A DNA stretch of 63,920 nucleotides, counting the filler, from Octopus bimaculoides (taxonomy: Eukaryota): assembly GCF_001194135.2 (NCBI RefSeq). It is 4 parts of 4 records of this genome, joined end to end, with 100 filler letters (N's around TTAATTAATTAA, not from the genome) between each part and the next. Parts side by side here need not be neighbours in the genome. Positions count along the whole stretch, not along the records: positions 47,595 to 62,773 come from NC_069001.1; positions 62,874 to 63,920 come from NC_068996.1; 2 more parts are not named here. One strand, 5' to 3'. A program made the position numbers and the translations under genes. The notes under the pieces are model-generated. The model searched no databases. It worked only from the letters and a program-made list of their open reading frames with translations, and was not told where the DNA came from. Shown in pieces: positions 51,509 to 63,239 of the stretch (positions are counted from its first letter, which is position 1; the number at the start of each line of letters is the position of its first letter).

Positions 51509-51666
51509 AACCAGGACAATGATACACTGAAGGAATTGTTGAAGTGCAATGTGGACAAGTCTGTGAAGATGACCGTTTACAGCAGCAAGAGTCAGTCAGT
51601 ACGTGAGGTGACGATCACTCCGAGCCATAAATGGGGGGGACAAGGATTGCTGGGCGTCAGTATTCG
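51509..51666 (+). CDS. GORASP2: GRASP55/65 exon (PDZ1 C-terminal half)
   Basis: [53 protein letters not shown]; TTCCAG/GTGAGT. Confidence 0.97.
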
Positions 51667-51719
51667 GTGAGTATTTTTCTTTCACTGCACATCTCTCTCT
51701 CTTCTCTCTCTCTCTGTAT

Positions 51720-52170
51720 GTAACTACCTGTCTATATCTATCTATCTGTATCTATCTATGTCTATCTATTTATCCATCTGTCTATCTATCTATGTCTATC
51801 TATTTATCTGTCTATCTATCTATCTATCTATCTATTTATCTGTCTATCTATCTATCTATTTATCTGTCTATCTATCTATCTATCTATTTATCTGTCTATC
51901 TATCTATCTATCTATTTATCTGTCTATCTATCTATCTATCTATCTATCTATTTATCTGTCTATCTATCTATCTATCTATTTATCTGTCTATCTATCTATC
52001 TATTTATTTATCTGTCTATCTATCTATCTATCTATCTATTTATCTGTCTATCTATCTATGTATCTATTTATCTATCTATGTCTATCTATCCATCTATCTA
52101 TTTATCTGTTTATCTATCAATGTATCTATCTCCATATGTCTGTCTATCTGCCTATGTCTATCTATCCATC
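51720..52170. repeat. Compound (TATC)n satellite with TTTATCTG interruptions
   Basis: Direct reading of the sequence. Confidence 0.95.
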
Positions 52171-52956
52171 TCTCTGTTTGCCTCTCTTGTTCCCTCGTCT
52201 GCTTATGACTGCTTCCTAATGGCTGCAGTTGTGATGTAGTGGAAATATGATTAAACAAAAAGAGACAAAAAAAGACAACACAAGAAGGACAAGTTTGAAC
52301 AAATGTTGTGTTCCTTCATTTAATGCTTAAATGAAGGAAGGGGAAATTACACGGTGCATTCCAGACGTTTTTCAAACTTTCTCAGGAGAGACATTTATTC
52401 ATCTCAAGGAAATACCAAACTCTAATCTCCTTCAAAGTAGGATGGTCCTCTGACTCCAATGCACTTGTTGTATCACACCAGCCACTTGACGAAGGCCCCA
52501 TGGAAGCCCTCCAGAGTGATGGTGTCCAGGTCCCATCTCACAGCCTCCTGAGGTTCTCTTTCGACTTGGGGAACAACCAGAAGTCTGAACTGTAGGGAGA
52601 GAGAGAGGGACAGTTCTGATGTCCATCCCTGTCTAGGGGTCGGTTATCAAGATGCTCGTCACTTGGTATGCTGGGAACAAACTTTGAGCATGATCAGATC
52701 TTTATGAATAATTCCGTGTACAGATGCCCCACCAACTGCTCAAAACTGTATGTGTATTGCCTTTGTAGACACATAATGGTTTCCATCCAGAAAATTGGGA
52801 AATACGTAAATATATATTTAGGACTTTGTTTAGCAAGATTCCTGATGTGAAATCATTTGTTGAAACAGATATTGTTATATTTCATGATGGTCAAAGTGCT
52901 TGTGTTTATTTGGCAAAAAAGAAAAAAAAAACAAATGACCATCCCAAAATAGAACA

Positions 52957-53001
<45 letters not shown>

Positions 53002-53014
53002 TTCTCTTCTCTAG

Positions 53015-53060
53015 ATTCTGCTCTTTTGAAGGTGCTAACGAAAATGTGTGGCACATTTTG
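53015..53060 (+). CDS. GORASP2: GRASP55/65 exon
   Basis: (R)FCSFEGANENVWHIL; 46 bp, phase 2 in and phase 0 out. Confidence 0.97.
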
Positions 53061-53139
53061 GTGAGTCTTCAACTTTCCCTTGCTTTTTGATTTTCATTTA
53101 CAATATTGTTCTGTTCTCTCTTTTCTCCCCCGCCCCCTT

Positions 53140-53512
53140 ACTTGCTGGCAGAATTGCTAAAGCATCAGAAGAAATGCCTTGCAGGTATTTGTTCCATTAC
53201 TTTATGTTCTGAGTTCAAATTCCATCGAGGTCGATTTTTACCTTTCATCCTCTCTGAGTGGTTGGCGTTAGGAAGGGCATCCAGCTGTAGAAACTCTGCC
53301 AAATCAGACTGGAGCCTGGTGTTGCCATCCGGTTTCACCAGTCCTCAGTCAAATCGTCCAACCCATGCTAGCATGGAAAGCGGACGTTAAACGATGATGA
53401 TGATGATGATGATGATCCTTTCTAGGTCGATAAGTACCAGTTGAGTATTGGGATCAATATAGTTAATTTATCCCCTTCCCTGAAATTGCTGGCCTTGTGC
53501 CAGAATTTGAAA
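53140..53512 (+). mobile_element. SINE family B interrupted by a family D insertion (53252-53419)
   Basis: The family B sequence resumes exactly after the insert; ATCCT flanks both sides. Confidence 0.8.
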
Positions 53513-53985
53513 TTATTACTTCTGCCTTAGTGAAGGCGGAGGTATTGTTTTCAGTCGTGTTTGTTTGTTTGTTTTTCTGTGGACAAGATATCCCAAGAAC
53601 TGTTGGATGGATTCGGATGAAACTTTCAGGGATGTTTGGCCTCATGACTGGCACGAACTGATTAGATTTGGGGATTAATCTGGTACCGAACAAGGATTCT
53701 GGCTAATCATTGAGAGGACATTGGTGTTGCCTTGGCAGAGGTTTGCATTCTCTGTGTGCTCCTGTTATTATTATTATTATTATTAACTTCAGAATCGGTA
53801 GAGCACAAGTCCAAATGCCTTTGTGATATTTTAGTTTCACCTAATAACATTCTGAGCTCTAATCACATCCAAGGAGTGGTCGTTTCCTCCTGTATCTCTG
53901 CAAGTTCTTGCTTCAGCTGGATACCAGTAATATACTTGGTTTAATCAACTCTACTTAATCCACTGTTATTGTTGTTATTTAACAG

Positions 53986-54072
53986 GAGGTTCACCCCAAC
54001 TCACCTGCTGACCTGGCCAGTCTACGATCCAACACAGATTACATCATTGGGGCAGATTCTGTATTACACGAG
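53986..54072 (+). CDS. GORASP2: GRASP55/65 exon (PDZ2)
   Basis: EVHPNSPADLASLRSNTDYIIGADSVLHE; 87 bp. Confidence 0.97.
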
Positions 54073-54566
54073 GTAAGTTCTCTGTCTGTCTCTCTCTCTC
54101 TCTCTCTGTCCTCCTTTTTCTCTGTTGCATGTCTTCTTGCTTCACAGTCTTATCTCATTGCTTCAGCTGTGACCATCTGTGTGTGTGTGAGATTACATAT
54201 TTGTCTGCGTAGTAGGATGTTTGCTTGTGTGTGTGTGTGAGAAAGAGAGAAAAAGAGGGAGGCAGAGATTAAATGTTGGTCTGTGTATGGTGTGTCTCTC
54301 TGTGTTGTGTGTGGTTGTGATTTTGTTTCTGCAGAGTTGTCTGTCTGTCTGTCTGTTTTTTCCCCTTCAGCCACTCACACAATCATCACTTCTTACTCTG
54401 CATTACTAATTCTACCTCTACCCTGCTGCTACATACGACCACCACACTCACTACATCCCAGCCACCACTCCTACTAATACCCCTGCTGCCACCTATCATG
54501 TACTTCCTCTGCTGTGTTAATCACTAATCTCTACATAAACGTGTCTGTGTATGTTTTTCGTTGCAG

Positions 54567-54697
54567 TCTGAAGATCTGTTCACATTAATAGAGTCTTATG
54601 AAGGTAAACCTCTCAAGTTGTATGTCTACAACACTGACACAGACAGCTGCCGTGAGGTGACCATCACCCCAAATAACCAGTGGGGTGGCGAAGGAAG
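54567..54697 (+). CDS. GORASP2: GRASP55/65 exon (PDZ2)
   Basis: [43 protein letters not shown](S); 131 bp. Confidence 0.97.
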
Positions 54698-55228
54698 GTA
54701 ACTATCTGAATATCTCAAACCTTTTTGCTCTTGATTGTCAAATTGCTATTTTTCTTTCTGGATTAGAATCAACAAAGTTTAGTAACCTAAATTCAAGGAA
54801 GCTGGATCAGATCTTTAAATAACCAGGGGTGTAATGAAGGATGTTGGGTTTTCATTCTTCCTTTATATGTTACCCTGGGGGAAGGCCTTCCTCTCCCAAG
54901 TCTTGTTGGTTTTGAATACTCATTGGTGCTTCTGTAACTTTGCCCTTTTTTTTTTCTTCTAAGTAGAGGTGTTGGTCCTACAAAATCTCATTGTTACCCC
55001 TGGGAAGAGGTGGTCCATATTAGTTTGGCTCCTAACCTTTGACCTGTACAGCATAGGAGGCCCTAGCAGGAGCTTAAGCTCCACTGGCCAAGCTCTCAGG
55101 GTCACCCACACAAACTCATTCTTACCTCTGGGAACAGCTGGTCCCTATCAGTCTGGCCTCTCTATCCTTTGACCTGTCCAGCATGGGAGACTCTGTGGCA
55201 CAGCTCCCTTGAAGCACAAGGCATCGTA

Positions 55229-56370
55229 TCGCAACAAGGACTGGACTTTATGCAAGTTGCTGCACAGTGGGACTGAAGCTAAGACCCAGAAGTTTACAAA
55301 ATTAGCTTCTTGACCACGCAGCTGTGCCTGTCCTATGAGGATCAGCTTTCTCCCTCCTTCCCACCAGCCTTGACCACACAACTGTGCCTATGCTATGAGG
55401 ATCGGCTTTCTCCCTCCTTCCCACCGGCCTTGACCACACAACTGTGCCTATGCTATGAGGATCGGCTTTCTCCCTCCNNNNNNNNNNNNNNNNNNNNNNN
55501 NNNNNNNNNNNNNNNNNNNNNNNNNNNNNNNNNNNNNNNNNNNNNNNNNNNNNNNNNNNNNNNNNNNNNNNNNNNNNNNNNNNNNNNNNNNNNNNNNNNN
55601 NNNNNNNNNNNNNNNNNNNNNNNNNNNNNNNNNNNNNNNNNNNNNNNNNNNNNNNNNNNNNNNNNNNNNNNNNNNNNNNNNNNNNNNNNNNNNNNNNNNN
55701 NNNNNNNNNNNNNNNNNNNNNNNNNNNNNNNNNNNNNNNNNNNNNNNNNNNNNNNNNNNNNNNNNNNNNNNNNNNNNNNNNNNNNNNNNNNNNNNNNNNN
55801 NNNNNNNNNNNNNNNNNNNNNNNNNNNNNNNNNNNNNNNNNNNNNNNNNNNNNNNNNNNNNNNNNNNNNNNNNNNNNNNNNNNNNNNNNNNNNNNNNNNN
55901 NNNNNNNNNNNNNNNNNNNNNNNNNNNNNNNNNNNNNNNNNNNNNNNNNNNNNNNNNNNNNNNNNNNNNNNNNNNNNNNNNNNNNNNNNNNNNNNNNNNN
56001 NNNNNNNNNNNNNNNNNNNNNNNNNNNNNNNNNNNNNNNNNNNNNNNNNNNNNNNNNNNNNNNNNNNNNNNNNNNNNNNNNNNNNNNNNNNNNNNNNNNN
56101 NNNNNNNNNNNNNNNNNNNNNNNNNNNNNNNNNNNNNNNNNNNNNNNNNNNNNNNNNNNNNNNNNNNNNNNNNNNNNNNNNNNNNNNNNNNNNNNNNNNN
56201 NNNNNNNNNNNNNNNNNNNNNNNNNNNNAACAAGGACTGGACTTTATGCAAGTTGCTGCACAGTGGGACTGAAGCTAAGAACCAGAAGTTTACAAAATTA
56301 GCTTGACCACGCAGCTGTGCCTGTGCTATGAGGATCAGCTTTCTCCCTCCTTCCCACCGGCTTTGACCCC
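55229..56370. repeat. 60-bp minisatellite, with a roughly 140-bp block duplicated across a gap
   Basis: Unit CCTTGACCACACAACTGTGCCTATGCTATGAGGATCGGCTTTCTCCCTCCTTCCCACCGG; 55229-55370 recurs at 56229-56370. Confidence 0.85.
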
Positions 56371-56515
56371 TCAACTAAGTGGGGTATATATACTTTAAAA
56401 CTTGTTGCTCTATTCTGCATTATTAAATGTTGTTGCTACATTATTGAAATCATAAATTTACTGAATGCCAATGTTTTCTTCTGTTTTCGTTTCTTTTGCT
56501 CTGCATCTCTCACAG

Positions 56516-56645
56516 TCTTGGTTGTGGTATTGGTTTTGGCTACCTGCACAGAATTCCTAAACGTCAGTTCCCATCAAATATGAACGTCACTACATCGGTA
56601 ACAGCACCTGAAGCACCCACTAAGACTGTTGATGGATTTTCTGAG
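56516..56645 (+). CDS. GORASP2: GRASP55/65 exon (end of GRASP domain)
   Basis: LGCGIGFGYLHRIPKRQF...DGFSE; 130 bp. Confidence 0.97.
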
Positions 56646-56694
56646 GTTTGTAGATCACAGCTATCATTAACTCTTTCATTGGTTTTTACATTAA

Positions 56695-56878
56695 CCTGTT
56701 AGCATTTAAACTGGCTGCATCTGGCCTCTCACACCTACCCTATAATGTCATTCTAAAAAATATACCCTCACATCATTGAAATCTCGAAGTTATGAGACAA
56801 TGCATGATTAATTAAGAATACAAAAAATCAATGTAAATGAAAAGAATTACATTTGACAAGAATCTGAATGCTAAATGG
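56695..56878. mobile_element. piggyBac-type MITE of the same family as 36629-36843, reverse orientation
   Basis: TTAA|CCTGTTAGCATT...GAATGCTAAATGG|TTAA. Confidence 0.7.
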
Positions 56879-57131
56879 TTAATTAATAACTAGAATGTTT
56901 TTATGAGATTCCAAAAATGTTAAGGTGTCATTGAAAAATTAGCTGCAAAGCCAAAAAAAAAAAAAGGATTCTTTTTCAATTCTCAGATTTGTAGCATAAG
57001 AAGAAAAGTATCTGTGTTGTTTTTCTCAATTATCAGATTTTTTTATATGTTAGACCACTGGTTTTAAATTGAAATTAATATTCAATTTATCACCCTCAGT
57101 ATATAAATATATGTATATATATATGTATATA

Positions 57132-57206
<75 letters not shown>

Positions 57207-57801
57207 ATGTTAGTGTGTTTATGTCCCTGTAACTTAGCGGTTCAGCCAAAGAGTTATAGAATGGACTATCTGGTTTTAAAAATAGGTACTGGGGTTGATT
57301 CATTCGATGGAAAAAGAAAATTGTTCAAGGCAGTGCCCCAGCATGGCCACAGTCTAATGACTGGAACGAGAAGATAAAAGATGTGTGTCTACATGTGATG
57401 TCTACATGTAGATGTGTGTCTACATGTGATGATTGTAAATGAGCAATGACTATGACAAAAGCCATGTTAATTTCTAGTCCTCCATGAGGAAATAATCTCT
57501 TGCATTGGAGACGAGAAGGACAACTGACCATAGAAACTCTGCCTCAACAAATTCCATTTGACCCATGCAAGTAATGGCCAAGTGGACATTGAAATCGCCA
57601 ATATGTTATACTTTCGCTACATGGTGTCTGGTAATGTGGTTCTGTATCATTTCATTGCATGTGCTGAACTGGTATAGCTGTACAGGAGGATAGTCACATG
57701 TAGGATACTGTAACAAGGAGTGGCTGTATGGAGTGTAGTCACATGTCTAAGGTTGTACATGTATCCACAAATTATCTCTACTGTCTTTTTTTTTCCTGTA
57801 G

Positions 57802-57871
57802 GTGTCGCTATCATCAACACCTCAGCCTGCTGGATTGGTGCAAGGCATGGCTAATATGTCACTGAATACAG
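57802..57871 (+). CDS. GORASP2: GRASP55/65 exon (SPR tail)
   Basis: VSLSSTPQPAGLVQGMANMSLNT; CTGTAG/GTATGT; similar to the vertebrate FxEVQLS junction; phases consistent. Confidence 0.85.
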
Positions 57872-58694
57872 GTATGTATGTCTTCTCTAATAACCACCAT
57901 CACTTCCACTGCCCCATGTCTCCATGTCACAACAACACGGAGACAGGTCTTGTGTGAGTTCAATCTCAAAGCTACCAATTACCAAAACAAATACACCATG
58001 GGTCTGCATCTTTCTCTTTTTCTCTGGCCACAGCTTTGAATCCAAAACTGGTATTGATTTTTTTTTTTTAAAACCTTTTGTTCATAATGTATCTGGGACT
58101 ACATCACGTAATGCAGTGGTTCCCAAAGTGGAAAGTACTGCCCCTGTAGGAGCGGGGGAAAGAACCAGGAGGTCACTGAAGAAAAGAGGGGGCCAAAATA
58201 ATGGGTTAAGTTTTAATTGGGGAATACAGTTGTTTTGAATTCGTTTCAGAAAGTGGTCNNNNNNNNNNNNNNNNNNNNNNNNNNNNNNNNNNNNNNNNNN
58301 NNNNNNNNNNNNNNNNNNNNNNNNNNNNNNNNNNNNNNNNNNNNNNNNNNNNNNNNNNNNNNNNNNNNNNNNNNNNNNNNNNNNNNNNNNNNNNNNNNNN
58401 NNNNNNNNNNNNNNNNNNNNNNNNNNNNNNNNNNNNNNNNNNNNNNNNNNNNNNNNNNNNNNNNNTGTGGCCCAAATGCCAAGGGGGCAGCTGCCAGAAG
58501 AATCTTGGGGACCACTAATCCAATGCATAGTGTAGTAATTAGTATTCACACCTATAATTATTGCTGTCCAGCCCCTGGCCAGTTCTGACCCTACAAGCCT
58601 TTCATTAAATATGTTCCAGCTGTATCCATCCCATTTTTTTTATTCAGTCATAGTTTATCTGGGACTACATTTTCTGATGTATAATAGACCAGTT

Positions 58695-59514
58695 GGTTGT
58701 AGTAAGGCAGTAAACTGACTGATTTGTTAGTGCATTGGGTAAAAGGCTCTGCAGCATTTTGTCCATCTTTGCGTTCTGAGTTCAATTTCGGCCATGGTCG
58801 ACTTTACTTTATATCTGTTTCTGGGTCAATAAGTACCAGTTAACGACTGGGGTCGATTTAATCGACTAGTTCCCTCCCACAAAATTGCTGGGTTTGTCTT
58901 AAACATAGAAATCGATATGTTATTTAGAGTTACAAACCTGTTTAGCCCAGGTTAGTCCTACTCCAGCAGACCAATTAACCGAGTGTTCCAACAGGAATCA
59001 TCTTCTTTTTTCACCAGACACATTGTATCTTGGACTACATTATCTCATGTACAGTAAAGCATGGCCCTCTTATTTAATTGGGGTCTCACTTGAACAGTGA
59101 GAAAAATCTTTAGGCTTTGTAGCAAAGTTACCTCCCTTGAAAGAATTTGTCAAGTAGCTATGAGTTGTCTCCCTTTACAATGACGTAACGCTGTTAGATT
59201 TTTGCATTTTATGATAATTATATTCATTGTTTTTGTATACTTAATACATTGACTCTACATTTCTATACAGTATACATGTGGGTGTGAGTGTGTCCCACCC
59301 GTTTCTGCATAACATGTAGCATTGTCTCCCATGACTTGTTTTTATTGATTCTTTGCAGGGTCTTACCAGTCGAGGTTGACTTTGCCTTTCGTCCTTTTGG
59401 GATCGATAAATTAAGTACCAGTTGAACACTGGGGTTCGATGTAATCGACTCATCCCCACCTCCCCAAAGCTGCCCTTGTGGCAAAAATTTGAAATAATAA
59501 CAATAATAATAATA

Positions 59515-59546
<32 letters not shown>

Positions 59547-59760
59547 GATGGTGAGCTGTCAGAATTGTAAACACACCAGGAGAAATGCTTAGCGGTATTT
59601 CGTCCATTCTTATGTCCTGAGTTCAAATTCTGCTGAGATCGACTTTGCCTTTTTGGGGTCGATCAATAAAGTACCAGTGAAACACTGGGGTCGATGTGAT
59701 TGACCAGTCCCTTCCCCACAAAAAAATTTCAGGCTTTCTGCCTTTTAGTAGAAAGTATTA
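58695..59760 (+). mobile_element. Several degenerate SINE family B copies
   Basis: Repeated GAGTTCAA...GACTTTGCCTTT...AGTACCAGT..CACTGGGGTCGAT blocks at 58.7-58.9, 59.35-59.5 and 59.55-59.76 kb. Confidence 0.8.
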
Positions 59761-60019
59761 TTATTATTGACTCAAATTTTGGCACAAGGCTGACAATTTT
59801 GTGGGGAACAAAAAGGTCCTCTACTGGATTTGATTTTTCTTAACACCTGGAAGGATGCAAAGTTCACTTTGGCAGGATTAATGCTGTCTCTTGGAAGTTC
59901 TCAGTATAAATAATATATTGTCATTTAATTTTATAATAAAAGCCCCCAAAAAACAAACTGTATTTGTCCTGTGTCTCTTTTTTCTTCTGTTGAGTAGTGT
60001 TTCCTTTTTGTATTTGCAG

Positions 60020-60136
60020 GCGTCCCAACTATCCCTGTGTTAAACAATCCAGTTGATGCAATGTCTGGGGCCAGTGGAGTTCCAGGCCAGATGCCTTTCT
60101 CCACACCCTTAACATTTCCACCAGGTTCAGCATCAA
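60020..60136 (+). CDS. GORASP2: GRASP55/65 exon (SPR tail)
   Basis: GVPTIPVLNNPVDAMSGASGVPGQMPFSTPLTFPPGSAS; TTGCAG acceptor; donor GTAGGT (an alternative in-phase donor exists at 60124). Confidence 0.8.
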
Positions 60137-60897
60137 GTAGGTCCTTACTTTACTTCTTGTTGTTTAATCCCAGTGACTCAGTTGATCTCATGATTAAAAA
60201 TAGTCCAGCCATGACCACCCCTCATATCTTTGTTTTCATGTCCACATTTTCATTTTAGCCATTGAAAATCTGTTTCAATAAACTATACATTGTTTGTATT
60301 ATGCAAAAGTGTCGTAAGTCCAAAATGTTGCTTTTTCTCAGAAAGCACAAAAATAGTTTCACCATTCCATAGCAGAACCATTCTACTACTCTTTGACAAT
60401 TTTTGATATCTTGGCATCTGAAGCAGCTGGAGATACGATACTTTGACCAAAAGAACCAGCTTTTACAAGCAAAAATAAATATTGCAAAAAAAACCGCATT
60501 TGGTCAAATTTGGACATACGAGAGTAACATAATAGCAAAGAGATGTGTGTCTGATGAGATTCTTTTAGTTTCATGTGGCTTCAGTCAGCCCAGGGCTATA
60601 GTAGAAGACACTTGCCCAGTGCCATGCAATGGGACTGAACCTGGAACCATGTGGTTCAGAAGCAAACTTCTTAAACACACACCTGCATATATATTGAAAG
60701 CAAAAACACAATCCAGAGGACAGGTTTTTTCTTAATAATAATAATAATTCTGGGCAATTTGATCACCACATTAATAGTGTAGGTCATTAATCAGTTGGGG
60801 TGGGCATTGGAATGCGATCAAAGTTACCTCTAAATACCTGAACACCTTCTGATCCTCCAGTGGTTTTATTGTCTGTCTGTTTGTCTCTCTCTTCCAG

Positions 60898-61077
60898 CTC
60901 TGCCGCCACCAACAGCCATGCTAAACTTACCAAACCTAGCATCACTTCCTCCACTGACCACTCCAATATCTATACCTGGATTCCCAACCATACCCCCCAC
61001 GTTCTCTACATCAGCAATCAACCCTGGCGTTGTCGGAGGGGCAGCTGCAGCTGGGGCAGGAACGGTTGCAGGAGGAG
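60898..61077 (+). CDS. GORASP2: GRASP55/65 exon (SPR tail)
   Basis: LPPPTAMLNLPNLASLPPLTTPISIPGFPTIPP...AGTVAGG; TTCCAG/GTGAGT, phase 1/1. Confidence 0.88.
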
Positions 61078-62228
61078 GTGAGTCTAATTACCTTTATCTT
61101 TTACTTGTTTCAGTTAATTGGCCACGGGCATGCTGGAGCATCGCCTTGGAGAATTTCAGTCAAGCAAATCAAACCCCACGACTTATTCTTTAAAGCTTGG
61201 TACTTATTTTATCAGTTCCTTTAGCTGAACTGCTAAGTGGCAGGGATGTAAACACACCAACACTGGTTGACAAGCACAAAGACGCACGACAAGCTAAAAT
61301 TACATTGACCCCCAAATAATTACTGGGGGTCAATGTAATTAACTAGTCCCCTTCCCGAAACTTTCAGACCTTGTGCATATAAGAGAAAGCATTATTAAGT
61401 ACCAGTTGCATACTGGGATCAATTTAATCCACTTTGCCCTTCTCTCAAAACTGATGGTGCCTTGTCTTCACTTTGAATCAGATGACAAAAACATCCACAG
61501 CCCCTTCTGCAGCAGTTTTGTATCTGTTTGTGTTGCGCTTGATATAAATATCTGCTATCACTCACGGAATTTACTGTTGCATCCAGCCATGCCAGTTTCA
61601 TTGAATATATTGTGCTTGTAGTGATGACAATTTACATAAACAGTTCATGCTTTAAACTGGTTGGCATAAATATACGCCAAACTGTATTTTTTTAATATTA
61701 TAATTGCTGATCTCAGCTGAGATGATTACCGTCAGTGCAACCTAAGCCATTGGCTGGTGAGTTGGCAGAATCATCAATCGTTACATTCTGAGTTCAAATA
61801 CTGATGGGACCGTCTTTGCCTTTCATCCTTTTGGGGTTAGTAACATTAGCACTAGTAGAACACTGGGGCCAATTCAACTTGGCCCCTCCCCAGAGTTGCG
61901 GGTTTTTGTAATTAATTTGTAATTATTAATATAATTAAGGCGTCGAACTGGCAAGATTGTTTCTGCATCAAACAAAATGCCTCACAGCATTTCTTCTGGA
62001 TTTTACTGAGTTCAAATGTCACAGAGGTAGACTTTGCCTTTCAGAGTCAATAAATTCAGTACCAGTTATGTATTGAGGTTGATATAATCAATTTGCCCCC
62101 TCCCCTTAAATCTTTATTATTATTATTATTAAAATCGTTATGATTATGATTAGGTTTTAAGAAAGTAGATGTCTTACTTTTAATTACCATTTGATTTTTT
62201 TATTTTGTTAAAATTTTTAATATTTCAG

Positions 62229-62584
62229 CCACTGTGCCTCTCACCACAGGAATGGTAGGACCACCCATCACTACTGGAATGATGGCACCTCCTGCTTTCA
62301 GCACAGGAATGGTTCCACCTCTAATTAGCTTACCAAATCTGTCAGCATCTATGATGCCTTCCAGTACAGTGCCAGCCAGCAGTATCTCCACATTGCCCGG
62401 TATGACGTATTCCTCCATACCCGCGACACTGCCAACAGCCACAGCGACTCCAGTGGCAAACGAAGGAGCTAGTGAAGGTGTGTCGCTGACGCAAAGCCAT
62501 GTGTCTGCGCAGCCCCAAGCTGCAGAGCTGACTGCACGGACCAATGAACTGGAGGAGAAAAAGGGTGTAATGGCAGCTTCTTAA
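62229..62584 (+). CDS. GORASP2: GRASP55/65 terminal coding exon
   Basis: TTTCAG acceptor in phase 1; TVPLTTGMVGPP...ELEEKKGVMAAS*, followed by A/T-rich sequence. Confidence 0.88.
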
Positions 62585-62673
62585 CACCTGATCAAACGCG
62601 CGGCTAAAGTTTTTGAACCAAACAGTGGAAGGATGTAAAAATAACAAAAAAAAAACACACCTATATTTATATA

Positions 62674-62705
<32 letters not shown>

Positions 62706-63161
62706 AATAAATAGCAATTTGAAGAAAAAAAACTTGATCTTTTATGGGCAAAACAAAAACACTTCAGTTGTTTNNNNNNNNNNNNNNNNNNNNNNNNNNN
62801 NNNNNNNNNNNNNNNNNTTAATTAATTAANNNNNNNNNNNNNNNNNNNNNNNNNNNNNNNNNNNNNNNNNNNNGTGTTTCGTTAAGAAAATACTGGTGCC
62901 CCCGTTTTGAACTAGATCCAAAAATACTGATTGAATCAATGCGATAGGTCCTGCAGTCAGCTTGGAACAATGAAAATTGTTTTGGGACAAACAAAATATA
63001 CTCATATATTCATTACAACATATATGTGTGTGNNNNNNNNNNGGGACAAACAAAATATACTCATATATTCATTACAACATATATGTGTGTGTGACAAGTG
63101 TATGTGTACATACTTGCATGTATGTACGTATGTGTGTGTATGTGNNNNNNNNNNNNNNNNN

Positions 63162-63195
<34 letters not shown>

Positions 63196-63239
63196 CCACT
63201 GATTTGGTTCGGTTTTCTCCACACTGATTCAAAACAATC

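Noticed and set aside
59340-59400. Strong-looking acceptor TTCTTTGCAG in a GRASP intron
   Set aside because: It leads into SINE family B sequence, and the flanking exons join in phase without it.
62972-63093. Roughly 50-bp block repeated across a 10-N gap
   Set aside because: Probably a contig-overlap artefact.
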